Made by a program: the position numbers and the translations under genes
IMG/VR virus record: IMGVR_UViG_3300031839_002042
Span: 1-64,000 of that record
Reading direction: 5' to 3' (one strand)
Length of the DNA stretch: 64,000 bases
Source: a virus
In this document: positions 45,305-55,132 of the stretch, piece after piece
How positions within the stretch are numbered: position 1 is the first letter of the stretch
Layout: every line of letters starts with the position of its first letter
Notes under the pieces: generated by a model
The model's input: the letters and a program-made list of their open reading frames with translations, nothing else
The model's database searches: none
What the model was told of the DNA's origin: nothing

Positions 45305-45661
45305 TTATTTTTTATTTCTTCTAATCTGATCTCCAGGAATGATCTGAAAATTCACCCTGTCACCTACTTGAAATGCACCAGGATATTCCACTATCCAAAC
45401 AGACCTTGCATTTATTCCTCCTGGGTTGATCGGGATGATTTTATAGAACACAAAGCCTTCGGACCATTTGTATTCCAGTGTTTTCATTTCTGAAACAGCC
45501 CAGATTGTAGGTTCCTCAGGAATATTCATGTTGCGCTTTGCTACGCAACCAAAAAAGGCCATTACCATAAATGAGATCACCACAATCATGACGATTAGCG
45601 TTCTCACTAAGTATTTCAAACCTTCTTTGAAAATATCTTCGAATGGATCTTCAGCTGACAT
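45305..45661 (-). CDS. membrane protein
   Basis: 118 aa with one TM helix (LIVMIVVISFMVMAFF). Confidence 0.45.
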   Translation of the reverse strand: MSAEDPFEDIFKEGLKYLVRTLIVMIVVISFMVMAFFGCVAKRNMNIPEEPTIWAVSEMKTLEYKWSEGFVFYKIIPINPGGINARSVWIVEYPGAFQVGDRVNFQIIPGDQIRRNKK

Positions 45662-46052
45662 GATTCGCCTCCTTTCTATTCATTTCCAACTTGTTTTTAT
45701 CGACCACTAATCCTTGATCGATATATTCATCTCCAAAAATCCAGAAGTGATGTTTTACCAGTTCTTGGTAATAGTGATACCTCAGATTACCAGATAGCAA
45801 TCCTTGGATATTTGATGCCGAAAACAATGGATTCCAACCAAATTGATCTCCAAGTGATTTTTCACTGCCTTCTGGAATATAATAATGAAGCCATGCAAGC
45901 CTATAGCAAACGGGTTTACCATTACCTTTTTCGATAGCTCTTATATGTGTTACAGATTGAAGAGGTAATAACTCACGATATGAAGTATCAATTAATAAAC
46001 CAGTGTTTAGGTAAAGTTTTAATTGATCAAAAGTGATTTTCAACTCAGGCAT
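45651..46052 (-). CDS. hypothetical protein
   Basis: 133 aa; SD-like GAGGAGG upstream. Confidence 0.45.
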   Translation of the reverse strand: MPELKITFDQLKLYLNTGLLIDTSYRELLPLQSVTHIRAIEKGNGKPVCYRLAWLHYYIPEGSEKSLGDQFGWNPLFSASNIQGLLSGNLRYHYYQELVKHHFWIFGDEYIDQGLVVDKNKLEMNRKEANHVS

Positions 46053-46431
46053 TTTTAACCTCCTCTCTAGTTACTTCCAGATGCGACACTTTTAAAAGTT
46101 CCTCAAAATTGACATGAGGATTAAACAAGATGGTACCATCCACTTTGAAACCTTCCATAATCTCATGCTTTACTGCAGCTTCAAAAGCACAATAGGCAGT
46201 TTTGATTACTTCATCATCCGTCATACCTTCAGACAGGTACCATTTACGGCCTTTCCATAGCATTTTTTCACCTGTATGGGTACATGGAGAAAAGTACTCA
46301 CATTGGATATAAAGCCTTCCATTGTTGTGCGCCTGGTCTGACTTTACCACAAACTGGAAATTACACCCGAGCAATCCTGCTGAAACTCTGTTCAGAAGAT
46401 TGATTACTTTTTGTTTTTTTGAGATTAGCAT
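46045..46431 (-). CDS. hypothetical protein
   Basis: Start moved to the internal Met MLISKKQ, whose ATG is fused to the CAATCAGGA motif. Confidence 0.4.
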   Translation of the reverse strand: MLISKKQKVINLLNRVSAGLLGCNFQFVVKSDQAHNNGRLYIQCEYFSPCTHTGEKMLWKGRKWYLSEGMTDDEVIKTAYCAFEAAVKHEIMEGFKVDGTILFNPHVNFEELLKVSHLEVTREEVKNA

Positions 46432-46510
46432 TCCTGATTGATTTGATTGATTCCTAAAATTTGCCACTGTTGGTAGGCACTGGCGACCGTCCTTTATCAA
46501 AAGCTCCTAG

Positions 46511-47104
46511 TTACTTCTTGGGTGACCGAAACAACTTCCCAGCATTTGGCAGTTTTGCTGCGCTTAATGGTTTACCAAACTTGGCAAAAGCCTTGTTTTC
46601 AAATGATTTATTAATTTTCCTTTTTCTGATTTTCCCAGTGGGATTATTGACGAAGGTTTTTTTCACCTCTGCATAATCCATACATACTACCTCACCTTTA
46701 CAAACCACAATTCCATTCTTGAAATAGGAAGGTGATTCATGGTATTTTTGCAACACTAAAAGGAAATCTTCTGTTTTGTCATAAACAACCGAAACAGCAT
46801 ATCCCTGAGCATGCATTTGAACCAAAAAATCAAACTGTTTCAAGGTGAGCTTATTTTTACCGACTTTTAATTCGATCCAAATTCCTTTGTTTTCACCGGA
46901 AGATCCAGTGAATAAAATATCACTTACCCCGTCTATTCCTTTCAAGGCTAAATACTTAACCTGCTCAAAACCAGTTCTTTTGCCTTCATTTGGGCAGTGA
47001 ATGAAAGGAGCGTTAGGATAGTTTATTTCTCCTTTTCTTATACAGTCCTCGTGAAGAATATCTTCCTTGGACAGCCATCCCCTCATTGTGGTAGGTTTTG
47101 CCAT
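46511..47104 (-). CDS. VRR-NUC domain nuclease
   Basis: GIDGVSDILFTGSSGENKGIWIELKVGKNKLTLKQFDFLVQMHAQGYAVSVVYD matches the VRR-NUC PD-(D/E)xK core; basic C-terminal tail. Confidence 0.65.
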   Translation of the reverse strand: MAKPTTMRGWLSKEDILHEDCIRKGEINYPNAPFIHCPNEGKRTGFEQVKYLALKGIDGVSDILFTGSSGENKGIWIELKVGKNKLTLKQFDFLVQMHAQGYAVSVVYDKTEDFLLVLQKYHESPSYFKNGIVVCKGEVVCMDYAEVKKTFVNNPTGKIRKRKINKSFENKAFAKFGKPLSAAKLPNAGKLFRSPKK

Positions 47105-47239
47105 ATTATTTCCTGATTGTTTGATTGATTGGATGTAAATCTAAAGTCAAAAAATTAAAATGCAATATTTTTCTTAATTTATTTTCCATAATACGTTGCA
47201 AAATACATTTTAAAACTATCTTAGTGCAACGAAAAGTGA

Positions 47240-47644
47240 ATGAGCAATAACAAGAAAGACAAGCTGGAAGTAAGCGCATTTAAACCCATTGAAACTTTCC
47301 ATGTCGGGAACATTGTCAAGTCTATTCGGGAACAATCAAGTCAGTTCCAGGACACGATTGATTTAGTGACAAATGACCGGAGTATCAGGATCAGTGACAA
47401 TAGAGGTAAGATCGCCAAGGATGCAGTAAAATTTGCCGAGAAAACTATTCTGGCTTATCAGGAGCCTGAAAAACTTGGAAAGCTTACACCATGGCAGCAA
47501 AGGGAGATTTTAGGAATGATCAATGACCTATTATCGGGAAAACGTGAGTGTGTCCACTTCCAGATGAATCGTAATTGTGATGGCATCAAAGAGCTTTTTT
47601 CAAACAGAGAATTTTCAATCAATCAATCAGATCAGGAAAAATGA
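47240..47644 (+). CDS. hypothetical protein
   Basis: 134-aa ORF. Confidence 0.45.
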   Translation: MSNNKKDKLEVSAFKPIETFHVGNIVKSIREQSSQFQDTIDLVTNDRSIRISDNRGKIAKDAVKFAEKTILAYQEPEKLGKLTPWQQREILGMINDLLSGKRECVHFQMNRNCDGIKELFSNREFSINQSDQEK

Positions 47645-47772
47645 CAGACTTCGACCGAGACGAAAACGTCTCCAACAAAAATTTTAAGCTGGCCGTATTG
47701 GCAGTTTTATTCATTGGAACCCTTGTAATGGTGGTTCTGGATTGTATGGACTTTTTTCAAAAATGGGGGTAA
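47641..47772 (+). CDS. small membrane ORF (43 aa) not in the ORF track
   Basis: ATGA overlap with the upstream stop; reads MTDFDRDENVSNKNFKLAVLAVLFIGTLVMVVLDCMDFFQKWG*; preceded by CAATCAATCAGATCAGGAAAA. Confidence 0.3.
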   Translation: MTDFDRDENVSNKNFKLAVLAVLFIGTLVMVVLDCMDFFQKWG

Positions 47773-49889
47773 AGATGCTAAGATCTAAACAAATGGAAAT
47801 CCCATTGATGGCTATCTCCCATCCAAAAAGCAAGTATTCTATAGATACTTTTGGAAACCTTGTTTACAAAGCAGATTCAGGAGAGAAACTCAGGATCACT
47901 CCAAATGACAGATTGTTTTATGTCGATCTATTTTGTGGTGCAGGAGGTGTTTCTACTGGAGTAATCCGTGCCGGTGCCAAAGTGATCATGTGTATCAATC
48001 ATGATCCTATCGCTATTGAATCACATAAATCCAATCACAAGAATGTAATCCATGCGGTAGAAGATATCCGAAACTTTGATCTGACAGAGTTGACAGGATT
48101 GATTCAGTTGATCCGCTTATTCAACCCTAACGCTAAAATATGCCTTTGGGCTTCTTTGGAATGTACTCATTTCAGTAAGGCAAAAGGAGGGGATCACAGA
48201 GACGAGGACAGCCGTACACTGGCAAACCATCTATTCAGATACATTGAGGCTATTGATCCGGATTACATAGATATTGAGAATGTCACTGAATTCATGTCTT
48301 GGGGGCCGTTGCGAATCAAGTGCGCCAAGCACCATGAAAACAGGTCTGACCTAAGTTGGGATGGCAGGTTTGAGTACCAATTCTACCGATATAAGGGAGT
48401 AAGAAGCCCTAAACTTTGCAAAGTAGATGGCAAGAAATACAAAGGATCAAAATTCATTGGATGTGAAATAGAGCTTAAGGATCGGTGCGAACTGCAAATG
48501 AAGCATGTTCCACATTATAGAATGGTACCTAAATCAAAGGATAAGGGTAAATTCTACATTGCCTGGATCCAGAAAATACAGGAATACGGGTATGATTATG
48601 ATTACCGAATTCTGAATGCAGCTGACTTCGGTGCTCTTACTTCCAGATCAAGATATTTTGGTCAGTTCAAAAAACCAGGACTTCCATTTACATGGCCTAC
48701 ACCTACCCATGCCAAGAACCCAAGAAGTGAGGGTATGTTCGGAGGGTTAAAAAAATGGAAAGCGGTAAAACCTGCTTTGGATCTGGAAGATGAAGGAAAA
48801 AGCATATTCAACCGAAAGAAAGAATTGGTAAATGCCAGCTTGAACCGCATATACAATGGTTTGGTGAAACATGTTGGTGATGGAAGGGAGCAAGCATTCA
48901 TCACTAAATGGATGTCAGGAAACAAGGTAAACAAGAGTATCGAAGAAATTTTCCCGACTGTTACTACCATGAATCACTTTGGGATAGTTACTCCTGAATT
49001 CCTGATGAAATATCACGGGAAAGGTGATAATACACTTGCTATAAGCAGTCCTGCCAGTACTTTGACTACCAAAGACCGATTGGCAAAGCTTCAAATAGTA
49101 TGGCTTGACAAGCAGTTCAGATCTGAATTAAACCATCAATCTGTTGACAGACCAGCAGGAACCATCCTGACTAATGATAAGCATTGCAAAATGACTGCAG
49201 TTTGGATAGACAAAGCTTATTCAGGTGAAAAGAATCACCAGGGAGTAGAGCAGCCACTTGGTACCATTATGACTAAAGATAAGTACTCGAACATTCAGTG
49301 CTTTATCATGAACAACTATACCAGTGGTGGGCAGGATTCAAGTATAGAAAATCCAGTTGGATCTATCACCACGGTACCTAAATCCAATGTGATTCATGCT
49401 GAAAAATGGTTGATGAACCATACCTATAATAATGTAGGGAGCACGATTGATAATCCTTCTCCAACACTGCTTGCCAGCAGGAAGCATTTTTACATCATGA
49501 ATCCTCAGTGGGACAGCAAAGGGAATGATCTGGATAGACCATGCTTTACCTTGATAGCACGGATGGATAAAGCACCTCCAAGCTTGATAGATGCTACTGA
49601 AGGAGAGGGTGCAATTATTATTTATGAGGATGATTCTGACATCATCAAGAAAATCAAATTGTTCATGGCCTATTATGGGATCGTGGACATCAAAATGAGA
49701 ATGCTCAAAGTGGATGAACTATTGAGAATTCAAGGTTTTGGAGATCAATACATCCTGAAAGGGAATCAGACTTTACAGAAAAAGTTTATCGGTAATTCCG
49801 TGGAAGTAAATCTGGCAAAAGCAAAGGTTACTTCAAGAATTAGTGCATTATCTGCATTAGAAAAAGAATGGGGGGTAATGATAGCATGA
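47742..49889 (+). CDS. DNA (cytosine-5)-methyltransferase with repeated TRD-like modules
   Basis: Motif I DLFCGAGG, catalytic SLECTHFS and ENV motif IENVTEF. The C-terminal half carries four degenerate repeats (NHQSVDRPAGTILTNDKH, NHQGVEQPLGTIMTKDKY, SSIENPVGSITTVPKS, STIDNPSPTLLASRKH). The true start is possibly ATG 47775. Confidence 0.75.
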   Translation: MYGLFSKMGVKMLRSKQMEIPLMAISHPKSKYSIDTFGNLVYKADSGEKLRITPNDRLFYVDLFCGAGGVSTGVIRAGAKVIMCINHDPIAIESHKSNHKNVIHAVEDIRNFDLTELTGLIQLIRLFNPNAKICLWASLECTHFSKAKGGDHRDEDSRTLANHLFRYIEAIDPDYIDIENVTEFMSWGPLRIKCAKHHENRSDLSWDGRFEYQFYRYKGVRSPKLCKVDGKKYKGSKFIGCEIELKDRCELQMKHVPHYRMVPKSKDKGKFYIAWIQKIQEYGYDYDYRILNAADFGALTSRSRYFGQFKKPGLPFTWPTPTHAKNPRSEGMFGGLKKWKAVKPALDLEDEGKSIFNRKKELVNASLNRIYNGLVKHVGDGREQAFITKWMSGNKVNKSIEEIFPTVTTMNHFGIVTPEFLMKYHGKGDNTLAISSPASTLTTKDRLAKLQIVWLDKQFRSELNHQSVDRPAGTILTNDKHCKMTAVWIDKAYSGEKNHQGVEQPLGTIMTKDKYSNIQCFIMNNYTSGGQDSSIENPVGSITTVPKSNVIHAEKWLMNHTYNNVGSTIDNPSPTLLASRKHFYIMNPQWDSKGNDLDRPCFTLIARMDKAPPSLIDATEGEGAIIIYEDDSDIIKKIKLFMAYYGIVDIKMRMLKVDELLRIQGFGDQYILKGNQTLQKKFIGNSVEVNLAKAKVTSRISALSALEKEWGVMIA

Positions 49890-50662
49890 GGTACCACATC
49901 ACACATACCGACCCACGTAGCGAATCATTTCTTACTTGCAATAGAGAGTTTCTGGCACATACGCAAAACCGTTGGGATCTAGCGGTAGATGATCCTCCTT
50001 ATTTCAGTGGCCCTGAGAAAAGGAAGTTTTACGGTGGACAAAAATCATCCACAGGAGTTAAAAGGTGTGAATATCCTGTTACTCAAAATTGGGAAATTCC
50101 AGATAAATCCTATTTCAAGCTTCTAGAGTCTAAAACCAAAAACCAGATCATTTGGGGAGCAAATTACTTTGACTTTGGAATCTACGAGCCTCACAAAACA
50201 CCACGAAAGGGAAAAGAATTTGATCAATGGCTAAGAAATCATCCCACTGGATGGATAGCCTGGGACAAAGTAAACGGAGCCAGTTCATACAATGATTATG
50301 AACTGGCATGGACTTCCTTTGATCGGCCTACAATCGTTTTTCCTTATATGTGGAATGGCATGTGCCAAGGGAAAAGTATTTCTGAGGGCTATATCATGCG
50401 TGGGAATAAAAAGCTAAATGAAAAGCGGATTCATACCACCCAAAAACCAATAGATCTGTATCGATTTATTTTCATGGAATACATGGAAACAGGACAATGG
50501 ATATTAGATCCTCACTCGGGTAGCCAATCGAGCAGAATAGCAGCATTCGATTACGGAGTCCATTACACCGGCTTAGAGATTGAAGAAGTTTATTTTGATA
50601 AAGGAAACCACCGTAGCGAGCAATATATCTATGCAAAACAGACACAACTTTCCTTTTTATGA
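49868..50662 (+). CDS. DNA N6-adenine/N4-cytosine methyltransferase (beta class)
   Basis: Catalytic motif VDDPPYF; AdoMet motif HTTQKPIDLY...ILDPHSGSQSS. Confidence 0.75.
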   Translation: MGGNDSMRYHITHTDPRSESFLTCNREFLAHTQNRWDLAVDDPPYFSGPEKRKFYGGQKSSTGVKRCEYPVTQNWEIPDKSYFKLLESKTKNQIIWGANYFDFGIYEPHKTPRKGKEFDQWLRNHPTGWIAWDKVNGASSYNDYELAWTSFDRPTIVFPYMWNGMCQGKSISEGYIMRGNKKLNEKRIHTTQKPIDLYRFIFMEYMETGQWILDPHSGSQSSRIAAFDYGVHYTGLEIEEVYFDKGNHRSEQYIYAKQTQLSFL

Positions 50663-50898
50663 ACCCACTATTACAACTCCAAAATTGGCTTTACAAGCTG
50701 ATCACAGATCCTATTATTTCTAAATCTTCCCATCAATTGAAAGAGGCAAAGAAACGTGCTGCAGGTGGTCAAAATCCTGCTAGAATGAACAATGCTACTT
50801 TTAAATATTATCGCGTGATGGTTAATAAGCTAGAGAAAAGAGAAAAATCAGATTTGGAAAAGAAACTATCCAAATGGAAATGGCTGAAACCCAACTGA
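50659..50898 (+). CDS. hypothetical protein
   Basis: 79-aa ORF. Confidence 0.4.
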   Translation: MNPLLQLQNWLYKLITDPIISKSSHQLKEAKKRAAGGQNPARMNNATFKYYRVMVNKLEKREKSDLEKKLSKWKWLKPN

Positions 50899-50899
50899 T

Positions 50900-51364
50900 A
50901 TGATAGAAATAATCACATTAATAATAGTTGTTCTCTTGCTTTCTGAGCGGATCATACACTATTACACCCGTGTACAAATAGGTGATTTTAAGAAAGCATT
51001 CAAAAGTTTATATGAAAGCCTGAACCTGTTAAATAAAATAAGGTGGTTCCTATGGAAAAAACATCCTAGACCTAGTAAAGAGCTAATGATTTCTTGGCAA
51101 AAAAGTTCCTGGGAAAAAGCCATAGATACTCCTGAAAAAGTAGAGTTTATGGAAGAATGGAACTTCAACCTTTTCCACATAAAATACAAAAAAAACAAAG
51201 TAGATCTAACGGAAAAAGAGGCCAATACACTGGCTACCTATAACCAACTGTATGATTCAATAAGTAAAGAATATTTCAAGTTAGAACTAGAATGGCTTAA
51301 ATCCCATAGCCCAACATTCTATTGGATCAGAAAACTAAAATTCATTAAACCTATATCACTTTAA
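50900..51364 (+). CDS. hypothetical protein with N-terminal TM helix
   Basis: 154-aa ORF. Confidence 0.4.
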   Translation: MIEIITLIIVVLLLSERIIHYYTRVQIGDFKKAFKSLYESLNLLNKIRWFLWKKHPRPSKELMISWQKSSWEKAIDTPEKVEFMEEWNFNLFHIKYKKNKVDLTEKEANTLATYNQLYDSISKEYFKLELEWLKSHSPTFYWIRKLKFIKPISL

Positions 51365-51375
51365 ATAAAAAAAAC

Positions 51376-51921
51376 ATGGAACCATTCGAATACCTACTAC
51401 ACTCAATCAAAACACTTCGCATTAAAATAGATGCGTTAATTCAGCTGGTTGACACTCCCGAACTCAAATCAGCCGAAACTGTAAAATGTCAAAACGAACT
51501 TATGCTTGGCAAAGCTTTCCTAGGTAAAATACTTGGAGAACTCAACCAACCTACGCCTTATGTCAATGACGGGAAGCGTGAATCAGTAAAGGATATAGAA
51601 CCGACTGATGCACGGGCAGATGTGTCAATTTTAGAACACTGGCCAACTCACAAGGAAGAAGATGGAGACATAAAACTTTGGTCTGTTGTTAAAAAAGTGG
51701 ATTATCTACGGGAGGAAATCAGAATTCTTATCGAAACAGATTTAACTGAGATTTCCAGAAATATGATTGATGAAATGCCTGTTTGTATCGATCATAGTAT
51801 TAGTGATCCACACATCCTGCTTGATGTTTATGAAGCTGAGGTATTGGTTTGTTTAACCAAAGCTAGATTCTGGTTGGGTTTTGAATTGGAGCGGATCAGA
51901 AAAACAGAGACAGGATCATGA
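51376..51921 (+). CDS. hypothetical protein
   Basis: 181-aa ORF. Confidence 0.45.
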   Translation: MEPFEYLLHSIKTLRIKIDALIQLVDTPELKSAETVKCQNELMLGKAFLGKILGELNQPTPYVNDGKRESVKDIEPTDARADVSILEHWPTHKEEDGDIKLWSVVKKVDYLREEIRILIETDLTEISRNMIDEMPVCIDHSISDPHILLDVYEAEVLVCLTKARFWLGFELERIRKTETGS

Positions 51922-52039
51922 AACGGCCTAAAGTAGTTCGGTTTAAGCGTAATAAGCCAACAGGAATTTTATTATTTCCAAAAATATCAAAGAGAAAGCT
52001 GAAAAAATTCAAAGAAGATTGGATTAAAGAGGTTATGAA

Positions 52040-52399
52040 TTGCGCACCAATTATATATCAAATTTCTCCAAATGGAAATGTTACGCAGATATGAAAAAAG
52101 CCCAAGCTAAATACATTAAAGATGTAGCTGCCCAGATGGGCACCAAGCAATACGTGACTAAGGAATGGGTATCTGTTTCGGGAGAGGACCTTCTATTATC
52201 TGGACACAAAACATTCAAAGGAGAGCCGATTGATAAGAATGCCAGCTATGAAATGCTATTCCCGGTATTCCATACAGATACTTTTGAAAAAGACCTAAAG
52301 AAAGCATTTCTAAAAAACGGAGATAAAGGTTTGTATGAAATTGTTTCAACAGAATATATTGCAAGAGTTCGCAAAGGTTTAATTAAACATGAAAAATAG
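52040..52399 (+). CDS. hypothetical protein
   Basis: 119-aa ORF. Confidence 0.45.
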   Translation: MRTNYISNFSKWKCYADMKKAQAKYIKDVAAQMGTKQYVTKEWVSVSGEDLLLSGHKTFKGEPIDKNASYEMLFPVFHTDTFEKDLKKAFLKNGDKGLYEIVSTEYIARVRKGLIKHEK

Positions 52400-52554
52400 C
52401 AACATAATGAAAAAATTTTGCAATATCTTTGTGTAGTTACTGCAAAAGAGTAATTTAGAGCCTGACATAAAAAGCCAAGCAAAACAGCGGCTATTTCGAA
52501 AACCAAAAATGGGATTCGGGATAGCCGCTTTTTCATTTTAAACACAAATCAATC

Positions 52555-53625
52555 ATGGGAACTAACAATCTATCCAGTGCAGGAATTTCAAATCAGGACG
52601 AAGACGTTTTTGACGTTTTCGAAGCAATTTCCAATGCTCCAGATGAAACAGAAGAAACAGAAATCGGGGATGAACTGAATGATCAGCTTTTTAATGAGAA
52701 AAAAACTACTCAGCAAATGATCAGTGATGAAGAGGAAGAAGAGGATCAGGAGGAAGAAGAAGATGATGATCAAGAGGAAGAAGAAGACCAGGACGATGAA
52801 GATCAAGATCAAGAAGAGGAAGAAGATCAGGAGGAAGAAGAAGATGAAGAGGATGATGAAGAAGAGCTCGTTCACCCATCCTATTCTGAGTTGGTTAGAC
52901 AAGAGCTACCAGACAGAGAATTCAATAGTGTCGAAGATTATGAAGCTGCAGTAATTGAGCTTATTCAGTCTCAAAAAGAGAGTATTCAAAATCATGATGC
53001 CATTAAGAGTGGAATCTTAACCATTGCTGGGGAGTACCCTGAATTTGCAGCGTTTGTTGCCTCCTTGAAAAAAGGTGAAAGCTGGAGAACAGCAGTAATC
53101 AAATCCGGTATTCTTCCAGAGGATCTACAAATAGAAGATCCAGAAGATGAAGATGCTGAATCAGTAGTCATTTCCAAACAAAAGGAAAAAGAGCGTAGAG
53201 CCAACGCAGCTGAAAACCTCAGAAAACTAGAGACTAATCAGCGTGAATCACAAAAAGTGATCTCCCAATATCAGAAAGAGAACAACATCAAGGATGATGA
53301 CATGAATAAAATCATGGGTGTTGCTCAAACAATCCTTGGTCCACTGGCTGAAGGGAAGATCACGAAAGAAATCATTGAAGCCCTTCGAAGAGCAGCCAAC
53401 TATGAAACCGCTGTTCAAACAGCAAAAACAGCAGGAGTGATCGAGGGTAAAAACCAAAAAATAAAGGTCGAGAAGAAGAGGAAAAAAGGTGATTTCCAGC
53501 CTAGAACCAGTTCAGGACCTATTGTAAGGTCAAAACCAAAAAGACAGGTTGATCCAATTCTACAAGACTTGGAACAAACCATTGACAGCAAGCCAATTAG
53601 TATGCTCAGCATGCTTAAAGATTAA
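52555..53625 (+). CDS. scaffolding-like protein with ~70-aa poly-acidic tract
   Basis: 356 aa, contains EEEEDQEEEEDDDQEEEEDQDDEDQDQEEEEDQEEEEDEEDDEEE and lies immediately upstream of the capsid-like gene. Confidence 0.5.
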   Translation: MGTNNLSSAGISNQDEDVFDVFEAISNAPDETEETEIGDELNDQLFNEKKTTQQMISDEEEEEDQEEEEDDDQEEEEDQDDEDQDQEEEEDQEEEEDEEDDEEELVHPSYSELVRQELPDREFNSVEDYEAAVIELIQSQKESIQNHDAIKSGILTIAGEYPEFAAFVASLKKGESWRTAVIKSGILPEDLQIEDPEDEDAESVVISKQKEKERRANAAENLRKLETNQRESQKVISQYQKENNIKDDDMNKIMGVAQTILGPLAEGKITKEIIEALRRAANYETAVQTAKTAGVIEGKNQKIKVEKKRKKGDFQPRTSSGPIVRSKPKRQVDPILQDLEQTIDSKPISMLSMLKD

Positions 53626-53663
53626 ATACCAACCAATTATTATTTAACCAACCACAAAGTAAA

Positions 53664-55067
53664 ATGAAAAAGTCAAACCTTTTAAAGACCGTCACCAAGA
53701 GAGCGTTTAGCGCCTTCTTGTTTGTGATTTGCGCTTTTTCGGTGATTTCGGTACTAGTACCGGGATCAGCTGAAGCCATTACGGCATTGGTCGGCATGGG
53801 TAGCAGTGGGGGTTATGCAGTGGCAGCAGTGGGAACACTGGTGTCTGGTGCAGACACCCGAGCAACTGCAACTGCAGCTAGGCCAAGAAGTGAAACTGAT
53901 CCTGGACACCTGATTGATGAAGTGTCTAGAGTTGTTACCAAAATACGCCCTGACGAATTCCCAATGGATTCGATTCTTAGGAAGATGAACAATTCCGAAG
54001 AAGCCAAGGATTTCGAAGTTTTCTTTGAAGAAGTGGAGTATCGAGGTAGAAAAGACACTGTTACTACTGCACTTGCTGCACCAACAGGAACTACTCAGGC
54101 GGATAAATACCGAGATATCGAAGTAGGAAATCCTGCATTGTTTGTAGAAGGTGAAGCAATTATCATTCAATCTATCAGTGGAGCATCCACAGTAGACGGT
54201 TCTCCATTGCGATTGAGAATTGACCGTAAAAATGATGATGGTACCCTAAAGGTACACGCTCTTAATACAGTAAACAACGTGGTACCTGCCATCCCAGATG
54301 ATACAGTAATCCTAAGAGGTGCAACTTCTTATGGTGAATTGAAAGCACAAGCTGGTGTATCTACCAACTACCCTGGGGTAAGATCCAACTATTGCCAAAG
54401 ATTTATGGCACAAGTGGAACAAGGTAAGATCAGAAGCAAAATTGCTTCAAAGTCAGGCTACGGCATGAAAGAGCAGAACTTCATGAGAATGTATGATATG
54501 CGTACAGAAATGGAGGAATCAAGCATTTTCGGGGTAAAATCAAAAACATTCTCTCTCAAGGACAATGAAGATGTTTACACTCAGCAAGGTGTTTTTCATG
54601 AAGATATCGGACAACTAGAGTACACTACTGCTTCTGGTATTGACAATAACAGATGGATCGATTGGACTAAAGATATTTTCTCCGACAATTCCGGATCTAA
54701 GGATAGAATCCTTTTTGGTGGAAGAAATATGATTGCTGAGATCCTTAAAATCGATATGGTTCAGAAACAACTAGATGCGAAAGCTGTAGAAATTGTTCCT
54801 GGTCTTAAGATTAAGAGCGTAGAAACTTCTTTTGGTAATCTATTGATCTACCATCACAAGTTGTTTGATCAGCTTGATTATTTGGATGATGGATTGGTAT
54901 TGGATATGACCAATATCAAAAGACGTCCTTTCCAAGCATTGAAGAAGGAAGCTCTTGAATTAGCTAAGTCAGGTCAGAAGTATGTTGATGCATACTTGAT
55001 CTCCGAAATTTCTTGTATCGAAACAAGATATTTAGGCACTCACTTCAGAATTAAGAAGACTGCATAA
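53664..55067 (+). CDS. putative major capsid protein
   Basis: 467-aa ORF directly after the scaffold-like gene; the call rests on position and size only. The N-terminus is hydrophobic and signal-like. Confidence 0.4.
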   Translation: MKKSNLLKTVTKRAFSAFLFVICAFSVISVLVPGSAEAITALVGMGSSGGYAVAAVGTLVSGADTRATATAARPRSETDPGHLIDEVSRVVTKIRPDEFPMDSILRKMNNSEEAKDFEVFFEEVEYRGRKDTVTTALAAPTGTTQADKYRDIEVGNPALFVEGEAIIIQSISGASTVDGSPLRLRIDRKNDDGTLKVHALNTVNNVVPAIPDDTVILRGATSYGELKAQAGVSTNYPGVRSNYCQRFMAQVEQGKIRSKIASKSGYGMKEQNFMRMYDMRTEMEESSIFGVKSKTFSLKDNEDVYTQQGVFHEDIGQLEYTTASGIDNNRWIDWTKDIFSDNSGSKDRILFGGRNMIAEILKIDMVQKQLDAKAVEIVPGLKIKSVETSFGNLLIYHHKLFDQLDYLDDGLVLDMTNIKRRPFQALKKEALELAKSGQKYVDAYLISEISCIETRYLGTHFRIKKTA

Positions 55068-55132
55068 TCTTATACGGTAGGCTGGTTTCAGCCTACCGTT
55101 ATTTTCAATTCACACTTATAACCAAATCAATC

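Noticed and set aside
52588-52954. ORFs 52588-52902 (-) and 52724-52954 (+), predicted to encode Lys/Arg-rich or Phe/Leu-rich proteins
   Set aside because: These are reading-frame artefacts of the GAAGAAGAGGAT tandem units that encode the poly-acidic tract of gene 52555-53625.
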